From Diplonema japonicum (Eukaryota; Protista; Euglenozoa: Diplonemea), in contig OZ025715.1 in NCBI GenBank assembly GCA_964019335.1, forward strand, positions 186,001 to 250,000: a DNA stretch of 64,000 nucleotides, read 5' to 3'. The stretch's first letter is position 1; each line of letters starts with the position of its first letter. Below, in pieces: positions 33,113-44,094 of the stretch. The position numbers and the translations under genes were made by a program. The notes below the pieces were generated by a model, which was not told the origin of the DNA, did no database searches, and saw only the letters and a list, made by a program, of their open reading frames with translations.

Positions 33113-33534
33113 ATTTCACAGTATGAAAGAATATGAACGCCTTTCCCCCCTTTATTTTATGGAAGAAAACATCACAACCTCCCAGTTTTGTTTTAATCTT
33201 GGTTCCCCCCCCCCCCCCCCCCCTTCATTCTCCTTGACTCTGCTCGGTGGGGACAGGGTTACATGACAATTCACTTTAAAGTTCTTTTTTATGATGAACA
33301 GGGGAACGAGAAAAAAGAAAGTGGGGAAAAAAAAGGAAAGAAAAAAAAAAAAACGACGTAAGTGCACACAAACAAGGCGCTTGAACACCCCCCCCCCCCC
33401 CCCCCCCCTTCCCACATGGTGACAAATGAAAGAAAATTATTCTTTGTGCTCGTTCCCTCTTTGAGGGAAAAGGGCGCTTGTCAGCCATCCCACCCCCTTT
33501 ACTCCCCTGTATACCTGTTTTTTTTTTTCTACCA

Positions 33535-33750
33535 GGGAAGTGATAAGAGGAAGCCGGACAAAGGAGCCTGCGCCGTGCAAAAGCACTGGTCATGAATCGC
33601 CATAGGTGGGAAGACAGCTATGGGTTTCTCCAGGAGGCCCAGCTTCGCCAACCACCCCACGCACGGCAAGCTGATGGAACTGAAAGCCGCCTACAAGCGA
33701 GACCGCAGCGGCCCTCCATGAGGGGGTTTGTCCTGCACTTTGAGTTTTTT
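33535..33750 (+). pseudogene. Possible frameshifted coding remnant
   Basis: GC-balanced island within homopolymer DNA. Protein-like stretches (MNRHRWEDSYGFLQEAQ; ANHPTHGKLMELKAAYKR) lie in different frames. Confidence 0.25.
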
Positions 33751-34058
33751 TTTTTTTTATTCGTCTCTTGTTCGTTTCTCGGATTATAAGGAGGGAAAAA
33801 AAAAAAAAAAAAAAAAAAGAAAGACAGGTAACATGGGTCCATTAAGAAGAACGAATCTCTGAGGGAAGGAAGAAAGGAAAAAAAAAAAAAAAAAAAAGAA
33901 CAAGAAAAAAACAAAAAAAAAACTCCCGGTATCTTATAATCGTCCTCATTAAAAAGCCGCCCCCCCCCCCCCTCTCTCTCTCTCTCTCTCCCCGACTACC
34001 TGAAAGAGAGAGAGAAAAGAAAGTGGTGGCTCTGCTACATCGATGATTTTTTGTTTCT

Positions 34059-34097
<39 letters not shown>

Positions 34098-34208
34098 CCT
34101 CAGTGTTCAAACCGATTTTTCTCGATCTACTTTTTTTTTTTTTTTTGAGGAAACACAAATAGAAATCGACTGTACCTCCCCCCATCAAGGAAAGAAAAAA
34201 AAAAAAAA

Positions 34209-35945
34209 ATGGCACTAAAGGCCCTTCTATTAGGGCTCCTCGTCATAAAAAGTGCAGACGCGCAATCCTGCCGTAGACAGGACCTAATATTCACAAGATG
34301 GCCCTTGGACGGTGTCAACGGAAGGGACTACTTCACCACCAACTACGTGGATCTCGACAGAGACGGCAACGAACTGCGCGACTACACAGGAAGAACAGGA
34401 GGCACCGCAAGAACGTACGACCAGCACAGAGGCTTGGACACCGGAATCGCAAACTTCAGAAGAATGGACAACGGCCAAGCCAAGATACGCGCCGCCGCAG
34501 GGGGAACCGTTACAACAGTAGTTGAGAATCAACCAGACAGAAACTCGGTATGGTGCCCGAACCTTGACCCTGCAGACGTTCCTTCTTGGAACGTGGTGGT
34601 CATAACCGCAACTAACGGATGGAGGGTTATATACGGGCATTTAAAAAGAAATTCTGCAACGGTTTCAGTGGGCGATAATGTATCACCAGGTCAGATCATA
34701 GGAGTGGTGGGGTCATCGGGTTGTTCCACCGACCCGCACCTTCACTTCGAGGTGCGGGATTGTTCCAACAATTTCATCGAAACCCACTCATCTGGATGGT
34801 TTGTCCCCGACATGTGGAACCCGTCCCCGCCTTCCTACAACCCCACCTCAAATGTAATGGATTTAATGTTGAAATCGGGCGATTTTTCGTCGACCACTCT
34901 ACGTGACCCTCCGAACGATGTTAAAGTGATGTCTACAGGAAGCAGGCTGGGTATCGGTGTTGTTTATGTCGGTGTAGCAGGAGATGTTTTAAACATAAGA
35001 GTCTACAACAGTGAAGGCCTTCGATTAAACATCAACGAGAACGTGTCCGGAAGCAGAAAACGCCGGCTTCGAAAAGGATGGTGGGCTGGTATAAACAACG
35101 TTGTAGGCCAATGGCGGGTCGAGGTCAGAATGAACTCTGTCCTACGCAGGGTCAAACAGTTCATGGTTTCATCGTACCCAACATTTCTCAAAGAGGTTGT
35201 CGTCAGACGTGTTCGGTACCAAGATTACCAAGGAGTCTTCAACGATGTAACAGCCGCCGGTTACCGTCCTGAATTCACAGACGGGTACAACCATGGAAAC
35301 CAAGGTTATCTAAACGCTGTGTTCAGACCGAACAACGGGGCTTACATTTCTTCCTCCCGACTAACGCCCGCACAGTACCAAAACCGGTTTGATACAAGGC
35401 CTTCTGGTTGGAGGCCTGTGCTAGTTGAGTCGTACTTACATAGTGGCGTTGTGCGGTACGCATTGATTTTAAAACCGAAGGTTGGTGGGCAGTGGACTGC
35501 TTTTCACGGTCGAACGAGATCGCAGTGGATTTCCCTGTTTAACTCATTGCGTTCGTCAGGGTACTCTCCCATTCAGATTTCTGTAGTGAGCGTTGGAGGG
35601 GACCGTTTCTACACCTCTTACTGGGAAAAGAGAAATATTGGAACTTGGTACGTGCACACGACTCTGAGGGTCTCGCACTACCAAGGGGTTTACAATTATC
35701 AAACCGGTGTGAGGAATAGGAGGCCCATGTATCTTAACGCATACAGGCATAATGGGGTGAATTACGTGTCTGTTATTTTTGCGTCGTCAGTGCCCGCGGT
35801 GCACCAGGCCCGGCACAATATTGGGACGTCGGCGTTGGATTCCACAAAATTCGTGAACAATTTGAACAACAGGCTTACAAATGCGCTGACAGGATATATG
35901 TCAGGGTCCAACCATAGATATGGTGCTGTTTGGTGGGATCCGTGA
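34209..35945 (+). CDS. Secreted M23 metallopeptidase with C-terminal bacterial tandem repeats (BTRD1-like)
   Basis: Signal peptide; zinc motifs HRGLD, YGHL and PHLHFEV. About five ~50-aa repeats of the type YQ..F.....GYRP..V..Y.....RY..IW. Confidence 0.9.
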   Translation: MALKALLLGLLVIKSADAQSCRRQDLIFTRWPLDGVNGRDYFTTNYVDLDRDGNELRDYTGRTGGTARTYDQHRGLDTGIANFRRMDNGQAKIRAAAGGTVTTVVENQPDRNSVWCPNLDPADVPSWNVVVITATNGWRVIYGHLKRNSATVSVGDNVSPGQIIGVVGSSGCSTDPHLHFEVRDCSNNFIETHSSGWFVPDMWNPSPPSYNPTSNVMDLMLKSGDFSSTTLRDPPNDVKVMSTGSRLGIGVVYVGVAGDVLNIRVYNSEGLRLNINENVSGSRKRRLRKGWWAGINNVVGQWRVEVRMNSVLRRVKQFMVSSYPTFLKEVVVRRVRYQDYQGVFNDVTAAGYRPEFTDGYNHGNQGYLNAVFRPNNGAYISSSRLTPAQYQNRFDTRPSGWRPVLVESYLHSGVVRYALILKPKVGGQWTAFHGRTRSQWISLFNSLRSSGYSPIQISVVSVGGDRFYTSYWEKRNIGTWYVHTTLRVSHYQGVYNYQTGVRNRRPMYLNAYRHNGVNYVSVIFASSVPAVHQARHNIGTSALDSTKFVNNLNNRLTNALTGYMSGSNHRYGAVWWDP

Positions 35946-36061
35946 AATTGGAGAGAAAAAAAAAAAAATAAAATAAACGCTTTCATCTACTTTTCCCTGC
36001 ACTGTTTTTTTTTTTCCCTCTCTTATTATTATTTTTTTTTTCTTCTTTTTTTTCTTTTCTT

Positions 36062-36366
36062 GGTGGTGGGGATAACATGGAAATATAAGAAGTGCATCAG
36101 ATGTGTTGTTCGCTGTTGACCTCCTCGTCGGTCATCACCGGTAGCGCCCGAGTGGAAGAACGTAACGCAGATGCTCAGGGTGACGAACAGGCAGCAAACT
36201 GCACGAGCGCAGAATCTTGGTTACCCGGGACGCCCCGGCTAGGGTTGAGCACACCGCACGCATTAAGGACACGACACGGAACGCAGAAGAAGCTACTGCT
36301 CGGCCGAGGAGCGCCCCCTGTAATCAAGTAGGTAGTTCGTGCTTCGTTGCACGCTTAACGCCACCT
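36062..36366. repeat. Dispersed repeat family A, copy 2
   Basis: Near-identical to 28370-28642, diverging after CAAGTAG (36331). Confidence 0.9.
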
Positions 36367-37329
36367 AGTGTTGCAATCAAAGCCCCATTTCTTTTTTTTT
36401 TTCCCTAATAATTTTGATTTCTATGTCAAAAAAAAAAAAGTTTTTTTTTTTATAAAAAAAAGGGAAGTTTTTTTTAGAGAAAGGAACACGCAAGTAGTTC
36501 TGCGACGGGGGAAAAAAAAAGTTTCATTTTGTTCGCATTCACGAACATGCAGCCTTTTTAGAATGGGCAAAACCAGCTTCTTTTCCAGCGTCCCGTTGCA
36601 CACATTTCTTTTTCATTTTCTTTTTTTTTTTTTTTTTTTATAGAGAAATGGTGTGCAACCCCGATATAGGGAAGAAGCAAAAAAAAAAAAAAAATAATAA
36701 AAAGAAAAAAAGCCCTCCCCCCGTAGCATTTCCACGACATCCTTTTCATTCTTCCTGGTACTATAACAGCCTTTTTTATTGCTCTCTTTCTCTTTCTCTT
36801 TTCTCTCCTCTCCTTTCGATCCTTATTGCGTCTCTTTTTTTCTTTTTTAAAAAAAAAAAAGAAAAGTGTCTTCTCCTTATTCTATTTTTCTTTCTTCCAC
36901 TTAATAATTACACACACGGAAGGAAAAAAAAAGAAGAATCTGGGAAACAAAAAAAGGAAAAAAGAAAAAAAAAAGAAGAAAAAAAGGGTTGAGGGACAAA
37001 GGAGAGGTTTATGTTTTTTTTTTTTTTTTTTTTTTTTTAAATCTCTTTCTTTCTTCCATCTTTCTTTTTGTCCCCTCCCCCCCCTCACCCAACCACCCCC
37101 TTCTCTGTTTTCCATATGAATTTCATGTGCACGTAATATTTCTATCGCAGAGAAACAGAGAAAGGGGGCGAGGGTTTTTTTTTTTTTTTTTTTTTTTTTT
37201 TAGCATATTTTCTTTTTGACTTCCCCCCTTCCCTCTCTTTTTTTTTTTTTTTTTGTTTTTCTTCTTCAAAACCAAACCAAACGCGTACACCAATACAGAG
37301 AGGGAAGGGTGAGGGAGGGGGGGGAACAA

Positions 37330-38565
37330 ATGTGGAGAACCATCACCCGGTTTGTATATGGTGAGGGCGACACATCTCATTGGGTTAAAGACACCGACGC
37401 TGAAACCTGCCAGCGGTGCGATAGAGTCTTTACACTAAGCAGACGACGGCACCACTGCAGAGGCTGCGGAAAGCTCGTATGCATCCGATGCTGGCACGAA
37501 GCAAGAGGCTACAGATGCTGCCTGTGCCTAACTGCAGAAGATGTTCTACTATGGGGCCCATGCAAAACTGCTACAGAAAAGCAAGGGTTCAACTGCCAGC
37601 CAGCTGCGGCCACCGATGCTGACGGTGTCCCCCGTGTCTATACCACCTCCCACACATCCATCCCCATCGGGTCCTGGATACTTTCCTGCAACAACTTCGT
37701 CGTTAAAACTCCCGCAGATTTAACCACATATCTCAAAGAAGAACCATTCTCAACCATTCAATATCTTGACCGGCTCTTGGAAGGCTATGTTGTTGAGATA
37801 TATTCACAACCTGAAATTTCCTTAACTATGACTATGACACGGGATCGTATTTCAGGGCTTCCTGTGTGGAGGGCGGGATGTGGTGCAACAATGCGGCAGT
37901 CCAACGGCGTGTGGCTCATAGGGGAGTACCTCAGATCTGCGGTGAAATGTTTCGGACGACTGCCTCAGGATGTATCTTGTTGGGAATTCCGTTCTGCTGC
38001 AACCAAGCGATGGGTACAAACCTCTGCTTCATTGACACCCTTTGAAGGTTCCTTAAGATCTGGGAGCAAAATTGCCATCCTCACCTCAGCATCTCCCCAC
38101 CGCACGTGGCTCCCTGGCACTGTGAACGCGGTATTACACACGGGGCAGGTTTCTGTCAGGTATGACAGAAAAACCAAAAATGACGAGCTTATCGATCAAA
38201 ACTCCGGTCGGATTTGCCCCGAGCCTCCTCAAGAAGAGAGAGAAAGTTTGGTCGAAGCTGTAGACGCTGGGATCGCGCTGCAGAAGGAAAAAAAAAAAGA
38301 GAAGAAAAAAGAGAGGAAGCAGGCGAAGAAAGAGAGAAAACAGCGAAAACAAGCCGAAAAAGAGGAACGGCGAAAACAAGGAGAAGCAGAAGAAGAGCGG
38401 CGGGAAGACGGTGCGCAGACCCCGTCCGCCGCCTCGCCTCAATCACCCTCGGAGAACGGGTCCTCATCAGACGAAGGCAGCAACGACGAATTGCTGCACG
38501 TGACCACGACACGGGCACGGCCACCCCCGGGTAGACGGCCTTCACAATTTTTCAGCTCTGGATAA
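37330..38565 (+). CDS. FYVE zinc-finger protein
   Basis: WVKD...CQRCDRVFTLSRRRHHCRGCGKLVCIRC; basic/acidic C-terminal tail. Confidence 0.88.
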   Translation: MWRTITRFVYGEGDTSHWVKDTDAETCQRCDRVFTLSRRRHHCRGCGKLVCIRCWHEARGYRCCLCLTAEDVLLWGPCKTATEKQGFNCQPAAATDADGVPRVYTTSHTSIPIGSWILSCNNFVVKTPADLTTYLKEEPFSTIQYLDRLLEGYVVEIYSQPEISLTMTMTRDRISGLPVWRAGCGATMRQSNGVWLIGEYLRSAVKCFGRLPQDVSCWEFRSAATKRWVQTSASLTPFEGSLRSGSKIAILTSASPHRTWLPGTVNAVLHTGQVSVRYDRKTKNDELIDQNSGRICPEPPQEERESLVEAVDAGIALQKEKKKEKKKERKQAKKERKQRKQAEKEERRKQGEAEEERREDGAQTPSAASPQSPSENGSSSDEGSNDELLHVTTTRARPPPGRRPSQFFSSG

Positions 38566-38771
38566 CAAAAGGGGATGGGGTATTTTTTTTTTCTCTTTCT
38601 TTTTCTTTTTGCTTCTTTATTCCAATCTTTTTTTTTTTTTAAAATTTCTTTCCCGGTTTTTTTTTACCCCCCCCTACCCCCCGTTTCGTTCAGTATTTTT
38701 TTCTTCTTCTTTTTTTATGTTTCAAAAAAAAAAAGAAATCGCGCTCAAAACAGGTATCTAAGTAAATTATT

Positions 38772-39911
38772 ATGCGTGTTCTTCCCATGCTACTGGCTGG
38801 CGCCATGTGCGTCAGCGGTGAGGTGTATTTCAAGGAGACCTTCGACACTGCGAGCAAGTGGGTGCAGGGTGCCAAGGACGGTCTGGGTGTCATGACCAAC
38901 GAGGCGTCCCCTTACTACGGCGACGCCGCCATGAACAAGGGCTTCAAGACCAGCCAGGACGCCAAATTCTACGCCACGTCTGCCCACCTCGACAAGGAGT
39001 TCAACAACAAGGGGAAGACGACCGTTGTGTCCTTCACTGTGGCCTTCCCCCAGGGCATCGACTGCGGCGGTGGGTACATCAAGGTGCTCCCCAAGACCGA
39101 GGCCGCCGACTTCAACGGCGACTCCGACTACTACATGATGTTCGGGCCTGACATCTGCGGCTACAACAAGAAGATCCACCTCATCTTCGGGTACAAGGGC
39201 AAGAACCTCCTCTGGAAGAAGGAGCCCAAGTGCGAGGACGACAAGCTGACCCACCTCTACACCGTTATCGTCAACGAGGACGGCACCTACGAGGTGCAGG
39301 TCGATGGTGAAAAGAAGGAAAGCGGCAAGCTTGAGGAAGACTGGGACTTCATGGAGCCCAAGGAGATCGACGATGCGAGCGACACAAAGCCCGAAGACTG
39401 GGTTGACGCTGCTGAAATTGCTGACCCCGAGGACAGCAAGCCTGCTGACTGGGACAAGGAGCCCGAGAAGGTTGTGGACCCCGAGGCGGAGAAGCCCGAG
39501 GACTGGGATGAGGAGGACGATGGCGAGTGGGAGGCACCCATGATCGCCAACCCCAACTTCAAGGGCGAGTGGAAGCAGAAGATGATCCCCAACCCTGAGT
39601 ACAAGGGCATCTGGAAGCCCAAGAGAATCGCCAACCCCGACTACGTGCATGACCCCAACGTGCATGTGATGTCCAAGCCTGTTGGCACTGTCGGTATTGA
39701 CGTGTGGCAGGTGAAGTCTGGCACTGTTTTCGACAACATCATCATCTCTGACTCCATTGAGGAGGTCAAGGCCTTCAACGACGCCACCTGGGGCAAGACC
39801 CATGCGGCCGAGGCTGCTATGCTCAAGAAGGTCGAGGAGGAGACCAAGGCTGCCGAGGACGCCGCCAAGGCAGAGGCCGAGGACGAGGCCAAGGATGAAG
39901 ACGAGGAATGA
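38772..39911 (+). CDS. CRT: Calreticulin
   Basis: Signal peptide, IDCGGGYIK, MFGPDICG, P-domain repeats (KPEDWD, GEWK.KMIPNP.YKG.W), WQVKSGT.FDN and an acidic tail. Confidence 0.97.
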   Translation: MRVLPMLLAGAMCVSGEVYFKETFDTASKWVQGAKDGLGVMTNEASPYYGDAAMNKGFKTSQDAKFYATSAHLDKEFNNKGKTTVVSFTVAFPQGIDCGGGYIKVLPKTEAADFNGDSDYYMMFGPDICGYNKKIHLIFGYKGKNLLWKKEPKCEDDKLTHLYTVIVNEDGTYEVQVDGEKKESGKLEEDWDFMEPKEIDDASDTKPEDWVDAAEIADPEDSKPADWDKEPEKVVDPEAEKPEDWDEEDDGEWEAPMIANPNFKGEWKQKMIPNPEYKGIWKPKRIANPDYVHDPNVHVMSKPVGTVGIDVWQVKSGTVFDNIIISDSIEEVKAFNDATWGKTHAAEAAMLKKVEEETKAAEDAAKAEAEDEAKDEDEE

Positions 39912-40340
39912 GATCTTTTTTAAAAATTAAGTGTTACCCCCCCCCTTCCCCTACTATTGCTCCCTTTTTTTTTTTCTTTTTACTGTGATTTCCTAATGTT
40001 GTCCCAAGACCGGCTTCATTGGGTGGATTTTTATTTTCCCCCCTTCTTCTTTTTTTTTGGACGGGGGGGGTTTTTTTTTGTTTTTGTTTTGTTTTTTTCC
40101 CTCCTCCTCTTCTCTTTTTTTTTTCTCCTAATTTTTTTTCCTTTCGCGGGAAAAAAAAAGGAGGGAGGAAGAGGAGAGGGCATAAAAAAATGAACGAAAA
40201 AAAACCCCCCCCCCTCTTTTTTTTATCGTTTTTCTTTCATTCTTTCCCCCCCTATTTCTTCCCCCTACTTTTGTAATCCCATCACAAAAAAAAAAAAAAA
40301 GGGATACACGTTCCCCTTACCCCCACCTCCAAAAAAAAAA

Positions 40341-41798
40341 ATGCCCGTGACTACCAGTGTAATGCTGTGCATGGTATTGTCGACGGTTCAATACGAAAAC
40401 GAAAACGAAAATGAAGGGACGAGGGAGTACGTGTGGGAGACGGTCGAGGAGGGAACGCTTCCGGGGGAACCGAGAAAGCACTGGGAAGGCCCCTCCGTCC
40501 GATATGGCGCCCAGGCCTGCCCCGTCGAAGGCGGTTTCATATGGAGTCAGGGCTACTACTACGGCCACCACATAGGAAAACCAATGTGGGTAGGCGACAC
40601 CTGGAAATTCTCATACAATTTCTTAAAATGGGAACGAGTGGCCATGGAAGGCCAGGTCCCAACTGGGAGATACAAGTACACACTAACATCAATAGACAAC
40701 GGGGAGAAACTAATCATGTTTGGCGGCGATGACGGAGGACACCTCACATCCACAACTCACGTCTGGGGTGCATTCAAAGGAGAAGCATTTACCCTTACGA
40801 ACACAGACAACTACGCTGCATGGACGAAACAAGACCCTGAATCAACCCCTCGGCAAGGCCACACCACTGTTACCCACAAAGGCTTCCTCATCATCTTCGG
40901 TGGGATGACCTCCCCAGCAGGGGAAAAAACCACGGACGCCTCAGATCTCACGGAACAGAACGACATTGTAATCTACAACAGTTTTCTAAACGTGTTTGAG
41001 AATATTAAGTACAAGCAAGGGCAAAAGGTCCCGCCACCAAGGAGGTCACATGTTGCAGTTCGGTATAACGAACATATGTACATCCATGGAGGCTTCTCAC
41101 GAGGTACCGAAAAGAACCTCAAAGACTTTTGGTCGCTCAATCTTGACGCACTAATCGACGACAGAGAGGTTTTATGGGAAGACCTCAGCACTTTAAACTC
41201 TCCCTTCGGACGCGGCGGTCATGTCATGGTAGCCGACATTCTATTAGGAAAAGCATGGTTACACGGTGGGGCTGTGTGCACACCAGGGTGTGTCACCCAT
41301 ACCGATCTTTGGGAATATGATTTTCTGGAAAATTCATGGTCTGAAATACATATAACCCGCGGCATGAAACCTGTCGGGAGGCACTTCCACACTGCCGTTC
41401 TTGATCAGAATAACCACCGGCTTTACCTAACCGGCGGGGAAGCGTACTCCCCTTACGGGTATTTTAACGATGTGTGGAGGATATCGATGATCGGGAGAAA
41501 GCCTGACGAACGGTACGTTAACTCTGCCATTGTGTACGATGGGATCCCTTTGAAAACTATTATGGGGCGCAAGAAAACTACACTGGAGTATCTTGAGGCG
41601 TTGAAACCGCCTGTCTACAAGGAGCATTCTGCTCTTGTTTCGCAACGTCGTTACCGTGATGCTAGCAGGCTGTTAGATGGAACGAGGTCAACGTGGGTGC
41701 AGCCTGTGTTGATGGGAATGTGCGTCTTATTCTTCGCCTACCTTTTCGCGCTGAGGTTTTTGCGACATTATCTTTTGAAAGGGAAACGGGATGACTGA
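40341..41798 (+). CDS. Kelch-repeat beta-propeller membrane protein
   Basis: N-terminal hydrophobic leader, repeated R..H......(FH)GG kelch motifs and a C-terminal transmembrane segment. Confidence 0.85.
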   Translation: MPVTTSVMLCMVLSTVQYENENENEGTREYVWETVEEGTLPGEPRKHWEGPSVRYGAQACPVEGGFIWSQGYYYGHHIGKPMWVGDTWKFSYNFLKWERVAMEGQVPTGRYKYTLTSIDNGEKLIMFGGDDGGHLTSTTHVWGAFKGEAFTLTNTDNYAAWTKQDPESTPRQGHTTVTHKGFLIIFGGMTSPAGEKTTDASDLTEQNDIVIYNSFLNVFENIKYKQGQKVPPPRRSHVAVRYNEHMYIHGGFSRGTEKNLKDFWSLNLDALIDDREVLWEDLSTLNSPFGRGGHVMVADILLGKAWLHGGAVCTPGCVTHTDLWEYDFLENSWSEIHITRGMKPVGRHFHTAVLDQNNHRLYLTGGEAYSPYGYFNDVWRISMIGRKPDERYVNSAIVYDGIPLKTIMGRKKTTLEYLEALKPPVYKEHSALVSQRRYRDASRLLDGTRSTWVQPVLMGMCVLFFAYLFALRFLRHYLLKGKRDD

Positions 41799-41911
41799 TT
41801 ACTTTAAAAATTTTTTTTTATTTATTTATTTTTTTTTTTTATTTCCCGTTGTTAAAAAAAGGGTCGGCGACGAAGGTAGGCGGGGAAGAAAAAAAAAAAA
41901 AAAAAAAAAAA

Positions 41912-42499
41912 ATGGGCGCGAAAAATTCAACGGAAACCGCCCCGCCCCTTCGGGAGGCTGATGTTGAGGAGCTGTCCAGACACACCCACTACACTGTAAG
42001 GGAGGTTGTTCAGCTTCATAGGCAGTTCATAGCTGAGGCACCTAGCGGGTTTATACCAAGGCAGGATTTCGGCGTGCTGAGCGATGCTTTAGGAGTGAAG
42101 GACTCTTTCATCTCAAAAATGCTGTTTTCTGCCTTTGATCACAACGGGGATGGATTCATTAGCTTTGCGGAATTCATCGCGTCCATGTCTGTGATGACAC
42201 GGGGGACTGCAGATGAAAAGGCAGGATTTGCCTTTAAGCTGTATGACATAGGTGGGCCCGGAGGCCACCCCCGTGGTTATCTCACCAAAGAGGACCTGCT
42301 GCAGATTGTCACATCGATTGATGGAATGCTGGGCTCGCTTGTCTCCAGCAAAGGTTCTCCTTATCCAACTCCCGAGCACCTCATCAACCATATCTTCAAT
42401 GAAATGGACACCAACCGCGATGGGAGGATAACACTGGAGGAGTATACCGCGGGTGCCAAGAGGGACCCCGCCATTGTTCAGGGGCTTGCTCTGTTTTAG
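41912..42499 (+). CDS. Neuronal calcium sensor/frequenin (recoverin/calcineurin-B superfamily) protein
   Basis: N-myristoylation motif MGAKNS, APSGFI, EF loops DHNGDGFISFAE and DTNRDGRITLEE, AFKLYD. Confidence 0.9.
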   Translation: MGAKNSTETAPPLREADVEELSRHTHYTVREVVQLHRQFIAEAPSGFIPRQDFGVLSDALGVKDSFISKMLFSAFDHNGDGFISFAEFIASMSVMTRGTADEKAGFAFKLYDIGGPGGHPRGYLTKEDLLQIVTSIDGMLGSLVSSKGSPYPTPEHLINHIFNEMDTNRDGRITLEEYTAGAKRDPAIVQGLALF

Positions 42500-42509
42500 A
42501 GGCGAAATG

Positions 42510-42544
<35 letters not shown>

Positions 42545-42784
42545 TTTAGTTACTTTTTCTTCTTCTCTTTTTTATCCTTTTCTACCGTGTTTAATACAAA
42601 GTTTGCCCCCCCCCCCTTTTTTTGTTCCGTGTTTTGTCCTTTTTTTTTCCACCGGAGAAACAAAAAAAAAAGCAGGAAAAAAGGGAAGAAAAAAAAAAAC
42701 GGGAAAAAAAAAAAAACACAAAAAAACAAAAAAAAAATGTACACTTGGCTTCAAGTAAAATAGTGCAAAGAAAAAAAAATAATA

Positions 42785-44023
42785 ATGAAGGTGCGGCTCC
42801 CAGATCTCCATCGGGGAACGATCCTGACGTCGATTTTGTTGCAGTTGATGGTGTCCGTGCAGGGAACTGCTCCAGCACCGCCAGTGGACCCCCCGACAGC
42901 TGGAAACTCAACTCCGGCTGATGATAATTCTGGAGGGGAAGCGACGGGGGTCATCGCTGCAATTATAATAACCTTCCTCACCCTGGTAGGGTTGTTCCTG
43001 TACTACTGGTACTCAAGACGGGAAAGGAAAAAGGAAGCGGGGAAGAAGGAATGGGAAGAACGCCAAAAAGAAGCGTTTTTGGAAGAAATTAAAACCACCC
43101 CGGACAACAAAGAAGAAAAAATACCAGCACCCATCCCACCAGTACCATTACCTCCCCCCGGCATGTCGCCTCCCTTCACAGGTGGAAGCGAAGCTGAACG
43201 TGAAAATCTCGTTTCAACATTCAGCTCACAACCAGAACAATATCAAACTGAAGGCGTGGAGTACAGAATAGGCGATAAGGTTATTGCAAGAAAAGGGGAC
43301 ATGAACGCAAATTTTGAAGGAGGCAGGGTGGTAGCCTCTAGAATAGAGGAAGGATGTCTTGCTATCCAATATGATGATGGCGCCTACGATTCTTCCGTTC
43401 CAAACCTGTGGATCTTCCCTATGGGAAAATTCTCAAAAGGCGATAGAGTGCACACCAGACACAGCCGGAGTGGGACTATAACCTCATATGTGGGCCCATC
43501 TCTTTACGAGGTGAAGCTAGACGGTGGCGGTTATGAAACTGCATCGGAATCAGAACTAGCAGCATCAGCATCTACTGACCTATCTTTACCTATGAAGAGG
43601 TCGCATACGACAGCCCTTCCTGCACTTGAAGATGAGAATGATCCTCTTTCTGGGTCGCTTAGGAGGGGCGGGAAGCATCGGAGTTACCATCGGGCGAGAA
43701 TGCATCTACCGCCGCCTTCGAACACACGGCGGTCTCGAAGGGAGTACAAAGGAGACCCGTTGAACCGAAGCTTTGCACAGACGGAGTCGTTTCGCGACAG
43801 CGATCCCTTGTCTAAGAGTGTCGGGCATTTATCTGCCAATACCGATGCACTTGAGGTATTTTTTTTTTTGGGGGGGGGAAAAAAAAAGAGAAAAAAAAAG
43901 GCTCTCGCCGGGTTGCATTCGATTGTTTGTTCCCCATTGACACCCCGTTCTCCCAGAACTCCTGGTTTCCGTGGGTCTATGGGGGCTAGCCGGAGTGATA
44001 TTTTCACAAGCATGCAAGTTTGA
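42785..44023 (+). CDS. Type I membrane protein with Tudor/SH3-like cytoplasmic modules
   Basis: Signal peptide; transmembrane segment VIAAIIITFLTLVGLFLYYWY; YRIGDKVIAR...IQYDDG and FSKGDRVH...YEVKLDGG. Probable in-frame intron at 43856-43900. Confidence 0.75.
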   Translation: MKVRLPDLHRGTILTSILLQLMVSVQGTAPAPPVDPPTAGNSTPADDNSGGEATGVIAAIIITFLTLVGLFLYYWYSRRERKKEAGKKEWEERQKEAFLEEIKTTPDNKEEKIPAPIPPVPLPPPGMSPPFTGGSEAERENLVSTFSSQPEQYQTEGVEYRIGDKVIARKGDMNANFEGGRVVASRIEEGCLAIQYDDGAYDSSVPNLWIFPMGKFSKGDRVHTRHSRSGTITSYVGPSLYEVKLDGGGYETASESELAASASTDLSLPMKRSHTTALPALEDENDPLSGSLRRGGKHRSYHRARMHLPPPSNTRRSRREYKGDPLNRSFAQTESFRDSDPLSKSVGHLSANTDALEVFFFLGGGKKKRKKKALAGLHSIVCSPLTPRSPRTPGFRGSMGASRSDIFTSMQV

Positions 44024-44063
44024 GGAACGAAAAGAAAAAAAATAAAATAAAATAAAAAATAAC

Positions 44064-44094
<31 letters not shown>

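Noticed and set aside
38790-39803. 337-aa antisense ORF over calreticulin (similar ones over calmodulin and the 20957 gene)
   Set aside because: Expected by-product of strong codon bias or low complexity in the sense gene.
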